DNA of 64,000 bases from Mycobacteriales bacterium. GTDB lineage: Bacteria; Actinomycetota; Actinomycetes; Mycobacteriales; QHCE01. Positions within the stretch are counted from its first letter, which is position 1; each line of letters starts with the position of its first letter. The stretch lies in assembly GCA_041743105.1 (NCBI GenBank), contig JBGTNI010000050.1:16529-80528 (forward strand), in the 5' to 3' direction. A program made the translations under genes and the position numbers. Positions 50,135 through 59,236 of this stretch are shown piece after piece. The notes below the pieces were generated by a model, which did not search any database, was not told where the DNA came from, and worked only from the letters and a program-made list of their open reading frames with translations.

Positions 50135-50830
50135 GTGCAGGAGGTGGTTCCCGTCAACTCGACACACAGGAATTCACAGGACACGCGCCTGCTCGACGCG
50201 TTGGGCGCCGGAAACTCGTCGACGCGGCTCCAGGCGGCTCTGGCGGTTGGCACGCACTCCGACCTCGGCCTTGTCGGTGCGCTGGTGGCACGGTGCGCGA
50301 TCGAGCCGGACTTCTTCGTGCGCGACATGCTCACCTGGGCGTTGACCCGCTTCCCGTCGGAGATCACGGTGCCCAGACTCCGTGCGGAGCTCCGTTCCGA
50401 GCGCGCTCAGGCCCGAAGCCAGGCGTTGCATACGCTGTCCAAGATCGGGGACGGAAATGCGTGGCCCGCGATCACGCGGTCGTTGCTGCACGACGCCGAC
50501 GACGAGGTCGCGCGAAGCGCATGGCGTGCTGCCGTCGTCCTCGTGCCCGCTGGGGAACTGAAAGGGCTGGCCGCGGAACTGGCCGCACAACTCGGTCGCG
50601 GCGACCGGAATGTGCAACTGAGTCTCAGCCGAGCACTCGTCGCACTCGGAGACGTGATCGAGCTAGCCCTGCAGACGGGACTGGCGAGTGACGACCCGAC
50701 GGTGCGTGCGCATGCCCGCGCCACGGAGCGGCTCCTACGCGACCCGGATGCCGATTTCGACCCAGCCGTCGAGGAGGCGAAACGGATCGTCGCGCTCGGC
50801 CCGCAACGGGTCGAGGGAACAGCGTGCTGA
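50135..50830 (+). CDS. HEAT-repeat protein
   Basis: 231 aa. Repeated helical units with ..D..VR..A..AL.. periodicity. GTG start. Overlaps the downstream MerR gene by 7 nt. Confidence 0.6.
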   Translation: MQEVVPVNSTHRNSQDTRLLDALGAGNSSTRLQAALAVGTHSDLGLVGALVARCAIEPDFFVRDMLTWALTRFPSEITVPRLRAELRSERAQARSQALHTLSKIGDGNAWPAITRSLLHDADDEVARSAWRAAVVLVPAGELKGLAAELAAQLGRGDRNVQLSLSRALVALGDVIELALQTGLASDDPTVRAHARATERLLRDPDADFDPAVEEAKRIVALGPQRVEGTAC

Positions 50831-51852
50831 TCGGCGAGGTGGCACGCCGCTCGGGGGTGAGTACCCGGATGCTCAGGCACTACGACTCCCTCGGGCTGGT
50901 GCGACCAACAGGCCGCACCGTGGGTGGCTACCGCGAGTACTCCGCCGAGGACATTCGCCGGATCTTCCACGTGGAAAGTCTGCGGTCCCTGGGATTGTCG
51001 CTGCGACAGATCGGACGCGCCCTGGAGGATCCCGCCTTCGCGCCGTCCGCAATGGTCGGCGACCTCATCCGACGGACCGAAGACCGACTGAAGCGGGAGC
51101 AGGAGCTACTCGAGCGACTCCGTACGGTCGATGCCTCGGCGCCCTTCGCCTGGCAGGGCGTCCTGCGCATCGTCGAGCTCCTGCACGGGCTCAACTCGCC
51201 CAGTGCTGCGCGCCGACAGCAGACCGTCCTGGCCCCGGCCGAGGACGTGCCGGTTCCCACCGAGCTGCTGGCTGGGGCGATCCTCGCCGAATCCGATCCG
51301 AACGTTGCCGGCGCCCTGCGGTGGGCCCTCGCCCGGGCGGGCGGTGACGGTGTGGCGAGCGTGGCGTCCGGCGTGTATTCGGAGAACGTCGACATCCGGC
51401 GACGCGCGGTCCTGGCGATCGCCGAGATGTCCGGTGACGAGGCGAACGCGGTGCTCGCGGACGCACTCGGGGACCCGGACACGACGGTGCGCAGACATGC
51501 TGCTCTGGCATTGGGCACGCGTGGCGCGACCGCAGCCATGCCGACACTCGTCGGCATGGTGGTCGAGGGCACGAACGACGTCGAGGCGGCCGAGGTCCTG
51601 GGAACATTGTCACTGGACCCCGAGTGCGCGGACCGGATCATGAGTGCACTGGTCGACGAGCTCGCCGCACACACTGCGGACTCCGCGGTGCGGATACGCC
51701 TGACCCAGGCACTCGCCGAGATGCCGGCGACCATCGCGCTGAGCGTCCTGCAACAATTGGTCCACGACGATGATCGGGCTGTCGCCCTCATCGCCTCGGC
51801 CCTCGTGGGGGTGCTCGAAGAGAGTGGTCCAACGGTTGAGCCCGAGGCGTGA
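50824..51852 (+). CDS. MerR-family transcriptional regulator with C-terminal HEAT repeats
   Basis: 342 aa. MerR HTH IGEVARRSGVSTRMLRHYDSLGLVRP....GGYREYSAEDIRRI. C-terminal repeats DPNVAGALRWAL, ENVDIRRRAVLAI and DPDTTVRRHAALAL. Confidence 0.8.
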   Translation: MLIGEVARRSGVSTRMLRHYDSLGLVRPTGRTVGGYREYSAEDIRRIFHVESLRSLGLSLRQIGRALEDPAFAPSAMVGDLIRRTEDRLKREQELLERLRTVDASAPFAWQGVLRIVELLHGLNSPSAARRQQTVLAPAEDVPVPTELLAGAILAESDPNVAGALRWALARAGGDGVASVASGVYSENVDIRRRAVLAIAEMSGDEANAVLADALGDPDTTVRRHAALALGTRGATAAMPTLVGMVVEGTNDVEAAEVLGTLSLDPECADRIMSALVDELAAHTADSAVRIRLTQALAEMPATIALSVLQQLVHDDDRAVALIASALVGVLEESGPTVEPEA

Positions 51853-52028
51853 GCTGACCCGCCAGATCGAGCGGCAGCGCGAGTACGTGCGCGACACCGC
51901 CGCCTACGTCGACACCGAGGCCGTCTGGTCGATCGCGGCGACGATCGTGCTGCCGCCGGTGCTCGCGACCGCGATGGTGCGATCACTGTGACCAGGCCCG
52001 CCACGTCGGATCGAGCAACCGTGGGTGT

Positions 52029-52560
52029 TCAGAAGAGGGTGTCGCGCACGCGAAGCGGCCGGTAGCCGGTGGGGCCCGAGCTGGGCGAGTTCGCCTTCGA
52101 TGTCGACGTCGATGGAGCCGAAGAAGTTGATGTTCTCGCTGTGCGCTCGGGAAATGTGACCCAGGACCTCGTCGTCGAGGCACCGGCCGCGGCCCGCATC
52201 GAGCCCACGGCCAGGCCGTAGTACTCCGTCGTCCAGGCGGCCACGGCGTTGGTGACCAGAGTCAGGCACCACGCCTGTTCGGTCTGCTGTTCCAAGTGCC
52301 GCGCCCGGACGGTGCCCTCGTGGGCGTAGAGCAGGTCGCGTCTCAGCGCGTGCAGCGACTCGCCCTTGTTGAGCTGGCGGGAGATCCTGCGCCGGTAGGC
52401 GGGGTCGGCCAGGTAGCGGGCGGCGTCGATAGTGCGCCGTAACGCCCCGTACTCCTTGAGCGCGGCCGCGAGCGCGTTCTGCCGCCCCGAGGCGGACAGC
52501 TTGCCGACGAGCAGGGCCACCACCACTGGCGGTGCCGAGGACACCTTGTCCGGTACGAAT
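52029..52560 (-). pseudogene. tnpA: Tn3-family transposase C-terminal fragment with frameshifts
   Basis: ..RRISRQLNKGESLHALRRDLLYAHEGTV..EQQTEQAWCLTLVTNAVAAWTTEYY.. lies in one frame and ..HISRAHSENINFFGSIDVD.. in another. Roughly the N-terminal four-fifths of a full-length transposase is absent. Confidence 0.7.
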
Positions 52561-52578
52561 CCCAGCTCAGAAGCCTAC

Positions 52579-52622
52579 TCAGCCATATCCGCCCGATTTT
52601 CGGCGAGTACGACGGGGACCCC
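52579..52622. repeat. terminal inverted repeat, right
   Basis: Reverse complement is GGGGTCCCCGTCGTACTCGCCGAAAATCGGGCGGATATGGCTGA. Confidence 0.85.
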
Positions 52623-52745
52623 GTCTTCCTCAGTAGGCCGAACCCATTGCCCGGGATTGTGATCACCTTGGCTTCGTAGAGCAGGCGCAGTGTTGAGATA
52701 CAGCTTCTCCGAGCTCTGCACGACGGGCTGTTGTCCTTCGGCGGT
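52623..52745 (-). pseudogene. upstream part of the split aminotransferase remnant
   Basis: Reads ..STLRLLYEAKVITIPGNGFG.. on the minus strand and abuts the duplicated hisC 3' end. Confidence 0.4.
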
Positions 52746-52752
52746 GCCAGGG

Positions 52753-52850
52753 TGCGTGCGAATCTCTGTGGGCCGGCCAGAGCAGAACGAGCGACTGCTA
52801 GCTGTCTTTGCCGAATACGCCCGGCAGGTTGCTCCAGCGCCGGCAGGGTT
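52753..52850. repeat. 98-bp direct repeat copy 2 (orphan copy of the hisC 3' end)
   Basis: See 48623-48720. The four mismatches cluster near the 3' end. Confidence 0.85.
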
Positions 52851-52869
52851 GTCTGCCTAGGCCCTCGGA

Positions 52870-55314
52870 TTAGTCCAGCCGATCAGCGCGCCTGCCGGGC
52901 AGTTTGCTGGTCTGGCCGGGGTTAGCACTCGGGCGTCTGCCGCGAGCCAGCGGGGCGCAGCCAGCAGGTTGGCGCAGTTCCGGCGCAGGTGGTGCTGCTG
53001 GGATCGGCAGGGTGAGCGGCGAGCCGGTTTCGACGGTGATCTGTTTGCCGTGATGTGTGAGAAGCAGCGGGTCGCCGCTGAGCAGACGATAAGTCGCCTC
53101 CTGACCGGTTACCTCCACCGCGATCCGGCTGCCGCGAACGGCCATGCGGAACGCATAGCGGGACAACTGATCGGGCAGTCGTGGCGCGAAAGTGACGTCT
53201 CCACCTGTGTCCCGCATGCCACCGAAACCGGCTACCAGAGCCAGCCAGGCGCCGGCAAGCGCCGCGATGTGTACGCCGTTGCGCACATTGTCGTGCAGGT
53301 CGTGCAGGTCAGTGAGCGCGGTCTCTGCAAAGTAGTCGTAGGCTAACGCTAGGTCACCTACCTCCGATGCCATCACCGACTGGGTGCAAACCGACAGCGA
53401 CGAGTCCCGGACGGTACGCGCCTCGTAGTAGGCCATGTTGCGGGCCTTCTGTTCGGGTGTGAACGCGTCGCCACGTAGGTGCATTGCCAGCACAAGGTCG
53501 GCCTGCTTAATGACCTGCTTGCGGTACAGGTCGAAGTACGGGAAGTGCAACAGGAGCGGATATCGCTCAGGCGGTGTGCCCTCGAAGTTCCATTCGTCGT
53601 GCTCGGTAAAGCGTTCGGACTGTGGATGTACTCCGAGCACCTCATCGTAGGGCACCACCATCTTTTCGGCCGCCTTGTGCCACCGTGCGATCTCCGTGTT
53701 ATCCACATTTAGCCGTATCGCTATGTCGGGATGCCGCTGACACGCCGCGGCCGCGTCGAGCAGGTTCTGCTGCGCCATGAGGTTGGTGTAAACATTGTTG
53801 TCAACGATTGCGGTGTATTCGTCCGGACCGGTGACACCGTCTATGCGGAAGCCGCCATGTGGGTCGTGATGGCCCAGTGAGACCCACAACCGCGCGGTCT
53901 CGGTGAGCAGCTCCACGCCGTAGTCATGGTCAAATTCGGTATCGCCGGTAGCGGCCACATAGCGTGACACGGCGTTGGCGATGTCGGCACTGATATGGAA
54001 CGCCGCCGTCCCTGCCGGCCAGTACGCGGAGCATTCGTCGCCGTCGATGGTCCGCCATGGGAACAACGCGCCATTTTGGCCCAGGAGTTGAGCGCGCTCA
54101 CGAGCCTTGTCCAAGATGGAGTGTCGCCACTGCAATGCGTCTCGCGCGGCTTCGGGCATGGTGTAGGTCAGCACCGGGAGCACGAACGTCTCCTGGTCCC
54201 AGAAGGAGTGCCCGTCGTAGCCAGGACTGGTGAGTCCCTTCGCTGGAATAGGACGAGTCTCGCCACGTGCGCTGGCCTGCAGTACGTGGAACAGCGCGAA
54301 GCGGATCGCTTGTTGCAGCTCCTCGTCTCCATCGAGTTCGATGTCTGCCGAGTCCCAGAACTTGTCAAGGTAGGTTCGTTGCTCGGCGAGTAGTCCTTCC
54401 CAACCCGAGTGCATGGCGCCCGCCAGCGCGGCGTCCACCTGCGCCCGCAGCGCCGGTACCGAACGTTGACTGGACCATCCGTAGGCCAGGTACTTCGTGA
54501 GCTGAAGTTTGCCACCCTTGGGAACATCGGCGGCGACAGTAAGCCGCGCCAGGTCTCCTTCGGCGTGAACCGAGGTCCGCACTCCGTCCTCGGAGCGCAG
54601 CTCATGGTCCATCGCCGCCGCCATCCGTAAGCCCGATCGGGCTGTGTGGTGCACCAACACCGCCCAGTTGTCTTCGGCGGCGGCGAAGTCAGCCAACAGC
54701 GGTTGTTGTAGGTCGGCGCCCAACCGCGGGTCGATCAGCGTTAGGTTGGCGTTGCGGTCGCTGTCGATCGGTTCGTTCGCGAGTAGGTCCGACTGTGCAA
54801 CGAGCTGCAGCGGCTCATCCAGCGGCTGTACCTCGTAGCGAATTGCGGCGACCGCACGCTGAGTAAATGAGACCAGACGTTCGGTCGTGATGCGGACGCG
54901 GCGGCCGGTCGGTGACGTCCAGTCGGTGCTACGACGCAAGGTACCGCTGCGGAAGTCCAGCACTCGTTCATGAGCCGTGGTGGTGCCGTAGCGGAGATCG
55001 ACCGGCTCGTCGTCCACCAGTAGCCGGATAATTTTGCCGTCGGTGACGTTGACTGTCGTCTGACCGGCCTCGGGATAGCCGTAGCCACCTTCATCGTAGG
55101 GGATGGGCCGCGACTCGAAGAACCCGTTGAGGTAGGTCCCGGGCACCCCGCGGGGTTCGCCTTCCTCCAAGTTGCCCCGCATGCCCAAGTGGCCGTTGGA
55201 GAGCGCGAAGGTGGATTCAGTGCGCGCCAGCTCGTCGACATCGAGGCCCTGCCAGTGCAGCGCCCACGGAGCGACGCCGTAACCAGGCTTGGCGACACTT
55301 TGATGTTCGGTCAT
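52870..55314 (-). CDS. glycoside hydrolase family 65 phosphorylase (maltose/trehalose/kojibiose phosphorylase type)
   Basis: 814 aa. N-terminal ESTFALSNGHLGMRG, a catalytic (alpha/alpha)6 region (GLTSPGYDGHSFWDQETF) and a C-terminal beta domain. Confidence 0.9.
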   Translation of the reverse strand: MTEHQSVAKPGYGVAPWALHWQGLDVDELARTESTFALSNGHLGMRGNLEEGEPRGVPGTYLNGFFESRPIPYDEGGYGYPEAGQTTVNVTDGKIIRLLVDDEPVDLRYGTTTAHERVLDFRSGTLRRSTDWTSPTGRRVRITTERLVSFTQRAVAAIRYEVQPLDEPLQLVAQSDLLANEPIDSDRNANLTLIDPRLGADLQQPLLADFAAAEDNWAVLVHHTARSGLRMAAAMDHELRSEDGVRTSVHAEGDLARLTVAADVPKGGKLQLTKYLAYGWSSQRSVPALRAQVDAALAGAMHSGWEGLLAEQRTYLDKFWDSADIELDGDEELQQAIRFALFHVLQASARGETRPIPAKGLTSPGYDGHSFWDQETFVLPVLTYTMPEAARDALQWRHSILDKARERAQLLGQNGALFPWRTIDGDECSAYWPAGTAAFHISADIANAVSRYVAATGDTEFDHDYGVELLTETARLWVSLGHHDPHGGFRIDGVTGPDEYTAIVDNNVYTNLMAQQNLLDAAAACQRHPDIAIRLNVDNTEIARWHKAAEKMVVPYDEVLGVHPQSERFTEHDEWNFEGTPPERYPLLLHFPYFDLYRKQVIKQADLVLAMHLRGDAFTPEQKARNMAYYEARTVRDSSLSVCTQSVMASEVGDLALAYDYFAETALTDLHDLHDNVRNGVHIAALAGAWLALVAGFGGMRDTGGDVTFAPRLPDQLSRYAFRMAVRGSRIAVEVTGQEATYRLLSGDPLLLTHHGKQITVETGSPLTLPIPAAPPAPELRQPAGCAPLARGRRPSANPGQTSKLPGRRADRLD

Positions 55315-56069
55315 GCTTGTTCCTCCAGCAGCTGCGCAAGGTCGGAAACTACGATGTCGGCGCCATGGTCACGCAGCGCGGCGGCATGACCGGTGCCCTC
55401 GCCGTGCTCGTCGGTCTGCCGATCTACTCCGACCACATAACCGAAACGACCCGCCCGGCCTGCTTGCACGCCGGCGAGTGCGTCTTCGAACACCGCGGCC
55501 TGCTGTGGGGCAACTCCGAGTGCCGCTGCGCCGGCGAGAAAGGAATCGGGCGCGGGCTTACCGTTAAGCCCTTCGCGGGCAATGTAGATGCCGTCTATGC
55601 GCACTGTGACGTACTTGCCGAGCCCAGCGGCGGCTAGTACGACCTCGCCGTTGGCAGACGAGGTCACTACGGCTATAGCTAGACCGGCGTCCCGCGCCGC
55701 ATGCAGATATCGCACGGAGCCCGCGTAGGGCACCACGCCGTCGGTGCTGATGACTTCGAGCAGCTTTTGGTTCTTCCGGTTACCGATTCCGTTGATCGTC
55801 TCTGAGTCCGGTGGGTCGTCGGGGGATCCCAGCGGGAGCGCGATCTGTCGTGATTCCAGGAACGCGCGTACGCCATCGGCGCGCAGCCGACCATCGACGT
55901 AGCGCGCGTAGTCGTCGTAGGTGAACTCAGCCGTCTGCGGACCCACGTGCTGTGCAAGCACCGCGTCGAAGGTCTCTTTCCAGGCAGCGCGATGCACACT
56001 CGCGGTACTGGTGAGAACGCCATCAAGGTCGAAGAGGCAGGCGGTAATGCCGCCCGGCAATCCCATCAC
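55311..56069 (-). CDS. pgmB: beta-phosphoglucomutase (HAD superfamily)
   Basis: 252 aa. FDLDGVLT nucleophile motif, VTSS and EDALAGVQAG. 4-nt overlap with the GH65 gene. Confidence 0.85.
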   Translation of the reverse strand: MMGLPGGITACLFDLDGVLTSTASVHRAAWKETFDAVLAQHVGPQTAEFTYDDYARYVDGRLRADGVRAFLESRQIALPLGSPDDPPDSETINGIGNRKNQKLLEVISTDGVVPYAGSVRYLHAARDAGLAIAVVTSSANGEVVLAAAGLGKYVTVRIDGIYIAREGLNGKPAPDSFLAGAAALGVAPQQAAVFEDALAGVQAGRAGRFGYVVGVDRQTDEHGEGTGHAAALRDHGADIVVSDLAQLLEEQA

Positions 56070-56450
56070 GGCGACAGACGCTACCGGATGGTAAATATCG
56101 TTGTCGCGTCACTGGCATGTTACCCGTCTATTTCACACAGGTAAACGGGGGAACGGCGCGAGTAAGAGCTTTCGCTGCGGAATTTCACCGGCGGAATCGA
56201 TGGGCATGGTTGCGGCCGGCGGCAGCGGCGGCAGTCACGCCTCCTGCAAGTGATGTGAAGCATGCCATGGGCCGATTGTGGAGTATGAACGCAATGGTCA
56301 GCAATCCGGCGATTCATCGTGTCGCTTCAGGTAAGAGCAGCGACAGGGGGCAGCAGACTCATATGTGATTAGTGTGAGATGGAGGGATGAAAGGCGACGC
56401 GCGCGGTGTTGTCGTCCACAACGGCATACCTACAACAGGGCGGTTATTTC

Positions 56451-57389
56451 ATGGGCGCACGGATCTATGACGACGTCACGCAGTTGGTCGGCAACACGCC
56501 GCTGGTTCGACTGAATAAACTCGCTGCTGGTTCGGGCGCGACGGTAGCGGTGAAGCTGGAGTTCTATAACCCCGCCAATAGCGTGAAGGACCGAATCGGG
56601 GTAGCGATCGTCGATGCGGCGGAGCGCTCCGGCGCGCTCAAGCCCGGCGGCACGATCGTCGAGGGAACAAGCGGCAACACCGGCATCGCGCTGGCGATGG
56701 TGGGTGCGGCACGCGGATACAACGTCATCTTGACCATGCCAGAGACCATGAGCACTGAGCGTCGAGTGATGCTGCGTGCCTACGGTGCGCAGATCGTGCT
56801 GACGCCAGGACCGGACGGCATGCGCGGGGCGGTGGAGAAGGCGCAGGAGATCGTCGCCAACACACCGAACGCCATCTGCGCGCGGCAGTTCGCCAACGAG
56901 GCCAACCCCGAAATTCATCGCGTCACAACGGCGGAAGAGATCTGGACCGACACCGACGGAGAGGTCGACATCTTCGTCTCCGGTATCGGTACAGGCGGAA
57001 CCATAACCGGGGTTGGCCAGGTGCTCAAGGACCGCAAGCCGTCGGTGCAGATTGTGGGCGTTGAGCCCCTAGACTCGCCGATCCTTACCGGGGGCAAGGC
57101 GGGCCCACACAAGATCCAAGGCATGGGCGCTAATTTCGTGCCCGACATTCTCGACACCAAGATCTACGACGAAATCATCGACGTCAGTATCTCCGATTCC
57201 GTCGCGGTTGCCCGCAAACTTGGCACCGCTGAGGGCATTCTGGGTGGTATCTCTTCCGGCGCGATCGTCTGGGCCGCGCTTGAGGTGGCGAAACGTCCCG
57301 AAAATGCCGGGAAGCTTATCGTCGCGGTGGTCTGCGACTTTGGCGAGCGATACATCTCCACCGTGCTCTACGAACACATCCGCGACTGA
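56451..57389 (+). CDS. cysK: cysteine synthase A (O-acetylserine sulfhydrylase)
   Basis: ATG at 56451. [18 protein letters not shown] (PLP lysine), TSGNTG and GIGTGGT. Confidence 0.9.
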   Translation: MGARIYDDVTQLVGNTPLVRLNKLAAGSGATVAVKLEFYNPANSVKDRIGVAIVDAAERSGALKPGGTIVEGTSGNTGIALAMVGAARGYNVILTMPETMSTERRVMLRAYGAQIVLTPGPDGMRGAVEKAQEIVANTPNAICARQFANEANPEIHRVTTAEEIWTDTDGEVDIFVSGIGTGGTITGVGQVLKDRKPSVQIVGVEPLDSPILTGGKAGPHKIQGMGANFVPDILDTKIYDEIIDVSISDSVAVARKLGTAEGILGGISSGAIVWAALEVAKRPENAGKLIVAVVCDFGERYISTVLYEHIRD

Positions 57390-57390
57390 C

Positions 57391-57987
57391 ATGTGGCTCG
57401 TTTCTCGCCTGCGGGAAGACCTCGAGACCGCTCGCAACAACGATCCCGCCGCACCCAGCGGTCTCGAGGTTTTTCTCAGCTATGCCGGGGTGCACGCGAT
57501 GTGGTCGCATCGATTGACGCATGCCTTGTGGAAGCGTCGCCTACGACTGCCTGCCCGGCTCATCTCCCAATTCACCAGGTTTCTTACCGGTGTCGAGATT
57601 CATCCGGGTGCTGTTATCGGGCGACGGTTCTTTATCGATCACGCTATGGGCGTCGTTATCGGAGAAACCACGGAGATCGGCGATGACGTCATGCTCTACC
57701 ACGGAGTCACGCTAGGGGGCGCAAGTCTGGGGGGCCGGAGCACAGCGAACACGAAACGGCATCCGACGATTGAGAACGGCGTTACTATCGGTGCCGGTGC
57801 GAAGATTCTGGGGCCGGTGCGTATCGGCGCCGGGTGCGCTATCGGCGCCAATGCGGTCGTTGTCAAGGATGCACCGCAGGATTCCTTCTTAGTAGGCGTG
57901 CCAGCAGTGATCAGACCCCGATCCGAGAAACAGCACCAATTCGCTGTCGACCCGGCCGAATGGATCGACCCCGCGATCTACATTTGA
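57391..57987 (+). CDS. cysE: serine O-acetyltransferase
   Basis: ATG at 57391, 1 nt after the cysK stop. [31 protein letters not shown], followed by hexapeptide repeats. Confidence 0.9.
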   Translation: MWLVSRLREDLETARNNDPAAPSGLEVFLSYAGVHAMWSHRLTHALWKRRLRLPARLISQFTRFLTGVEIHPGAVIGRRFFIDHAMGVVIGETTEIGDDVMLYHGVTLGGASLGGRSTANTKRHPTIENGVTIGAGAKILGPVRIGAGCAIGANAVVVKDAPQDSFLVGVPAVIRPRSEKQHQFAVDPAEWIDPAIYI

Positions 57988-58155
57988 TCGGCTTCGAAGG
58001 TGTCAAGCATCCGCTTCGGTGCTGTGAGCTGCCACGAATCCGTTCGGAGCCAGTAGTGCCTCCTTCTCTTCGAGGCTGTCGTCTTCGACAAACCCGTGAC
58101 AGCTCCCGGACCTGTCCGTAAGGACGGATGGAGCTACAACAGCATAACGCTGTAT

Positions 58156-58176
58156 ATGTAGTAACATGTGCTACAT
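58156..58176. promoter_or_regulatory. palindrome ATGTAG-N9-CTACAT overlapping the antitoxin start region
   Basis: Perfect 6-bp arms. Shares the CTACAT/ATGTAG half-site with the repeat at 3784-3803. Confidence 0.3.
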
Positions 58177-58471
58177 GACAGCTGTCGCTGAGCATGGTCG
58201 CTCGAACGTAGGGATGCGGGAGCTCTCCCAGCGGACCGCGCGAGTTCTGGCGCGGGTCCGTGCCGGTGAAACGGTGGAGATCACCGATCGAGGCAAGACG
58301 GTGGCACGAATTGTGCCGGCCACGAGCGACCGTTACGAGCAGTTAGTGGCGGCGGGAATAGTCCGACAGGCTAAACGACCATTTGATCCGAAGCACCTTC
58401 CGGAGCCTGCGGCGAACCCGACCGGCCGAGCTTCGGAGGAATGGCTCGCCGACTTACGTGGCGAGCGTTGA
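58166..58471 (+). CDS. Phd/YefM-type antitoxin
   Basis: ..VGMRELSQRTARVLARVRAGETVEITDRGKTVARIVP.. The start is ambiguous (ATG at 58166 or 58175). The stop overlaps the toxin ATG by 1 nt. Confidence 0.7.
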   Translation: MCYMTAVAEHGRSNVGMRELSQRTARVLARVRAGETVEITDRGKTVARIVPATSDRYEQLVAAGIVRQAKRPFDPKHLPEPAANPTGRASEEWLADLRGER

Positions 58472-58884
58472 TGCCAACACGTATTTACGTCGACACGTCG
58501 GCGGTAGCTAAGTTCTTCCTCGCCGAAAAGGAGACACCGGATTTACGCCAGTGGTTCTCCGGGCAGCCAGAGCCACATCTGGTGTCGTCCGCGCTGCTGG
58601 GTGTGGAGCTGATTCGACTGCTTGATCTGGTCAACCCGGCGGTGGTGAAGGCTGCGGAGTCGTTTCTCGCAGCAGATGTCGATATCGTCGAGATCACGCC
58701 CCCGATACTCGAAGACGCTACCCGCCTACCACCGCGGCGGTTGCGCACGCTTGACGCGATCCATTTAGCGACGGCACTGGATTTCGGAGACGTTCTAGAC
58801 GTCATCCTCACCTACGACAGGCTGTTGGCTGAGGCAGCTCGCGCGGCAGGCATGGAGATAGTCAGCCCGGGTGCGACCTGCTGA
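58471..58884 (+). CDS. vapC: PIN-domain toxin (VapC family)
   Basis: 137 aa. IYVDTSAVAKFF, SSALLGVEL, RTLDAIHLATA and LTYD. Confidence 0.8.
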   Translation: MPTRIYVDTSAVAKFFLAEKETPDLRQWFSGQPEPHLVSSALLGVELIRLLDLVNPAVVKAAESFLAADVDIVEITPPILEDATRLPPRRLRTLDAIHLATALDFGDVLDVILTYDRLLAEAARAAGMEIVSPGATC

Positions 58885-58943
58885 CGTTGAGAAAACGCGA
58901 CTGAGCTTGCTCCGCCGGGTAACTCAAATAAGAAGTCGCTCTA

Positions 58944-58979
58944 AATCCTACTGCGGTAGGTACATCCTGAGGTAGGATT
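58944..58979. promoter_or_regulatory. nested inverted repeats (AATCCTAC..GTAGGATT) upstream of the RHH antitoxin
   Basis: AATCCTAC at 58944-58951 pairs with GTAGGATT at 58972-58979, and there is an inner CCTAC-TGCG-GTAGG. It ends 6 nt before the ATG at 58985. Confidence 0.3.
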
Positions 58980-58984
58980 GCCCC

Positions 58985-59236
58985 ATGAAGGTCGACAAGA
59001 TGAGCATTTCGTTGGTGGATGACTTAGGGGACGCCGTGCGGAGCGCTGCTCGTAAATCTGGGGTGGGGCTATCGACGTGGCTAGCGCAGGCCGCAGCGGC
59101 AAAGCTCCGTGCCGAGGCGTTGAGTGAATTTTTGGATGATTGGGAACGTGTTCACGGACCGCTTACTCCCACCGAACTTGCGCGAGCCGAATACGAACTA
59201 GGTCTATATGCAGAGCATGAGAACAAGGCCGCATGA
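58985..59236 (+). CDS. ribbon-helix-helix antitoxin
   Basis: 83 aa. MSISLVDDLGDAVRSAARKSGVGLSTWLAQAA. ATGA overlap with the PIN ORF. Confidence 0.6.
   Translation: MKVDKMSISLVDDLGDAVRSAARKSGVGLSTWLAQAAAAKLRAEALSEFLDDWERVHGPLTPTELARAEYELGLYAEHENKAA

Larger units (their letters stand above)
49501..52622. mobile_element. Tn3-family transposon derivative (decayed) with passenger genes
   Basis: 44-bp terminal inverted repeats beginning GGG(A/G)TCCCCGT..CGCCGAAAATCGGGCGGATATGGCTGA. Flanked by identical GTCTT at 49496-49500 and 52623-52627. Contains internal tnpR and tnpA remnants. One 60-nt line I counted (51241) is 70% G+C. Confidence 0.8.
48721..52752. mobile_element. decayed insertion island bounded by the duplicated hisC 3' end
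   Basis: Contains the Phd/RelE module, an aminotransferase remnant and a nested Tn3-family element. No intact integrase is present. Confidence 0.45.

Noticed and set aside
49771-50691. 306-aa Arg-rich ORF on the plus strand spanning the resolvase remnant and the HEAT gene
   Set aside because: It is out of frame with the HEAT-repeat ORF, extremely Arg/Pro/Gly-rich and has no domain signature. It looks like a high-G+C artefact.
50928-52004. 358-aa ORF on the minus strand, antisense to the MerR-HEAT gene
   Set aside because: It is Arg/Ala/Ser-rich with no motifs and lies fully antisense to a gene with a clear MerR HTH. This is a typical shadow ORF in ~70% G+C DNA.
51852-52029. Looked for a third Tn3-type inverted repeat just beyond the tnpA remnant stop codon, which would indicate a nested second element
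   Set aside because: This stretch shows no similarity to the 44-bp end sequence.
56070-56450. Possible riboswitch or leader in the 380-bp divergent region upstream of cysK
   Set aside because: I could not recognise SAM-type or other riboswitch consensus elements by eye. Checking would need a covariance-model search (Rfam/Infernal).
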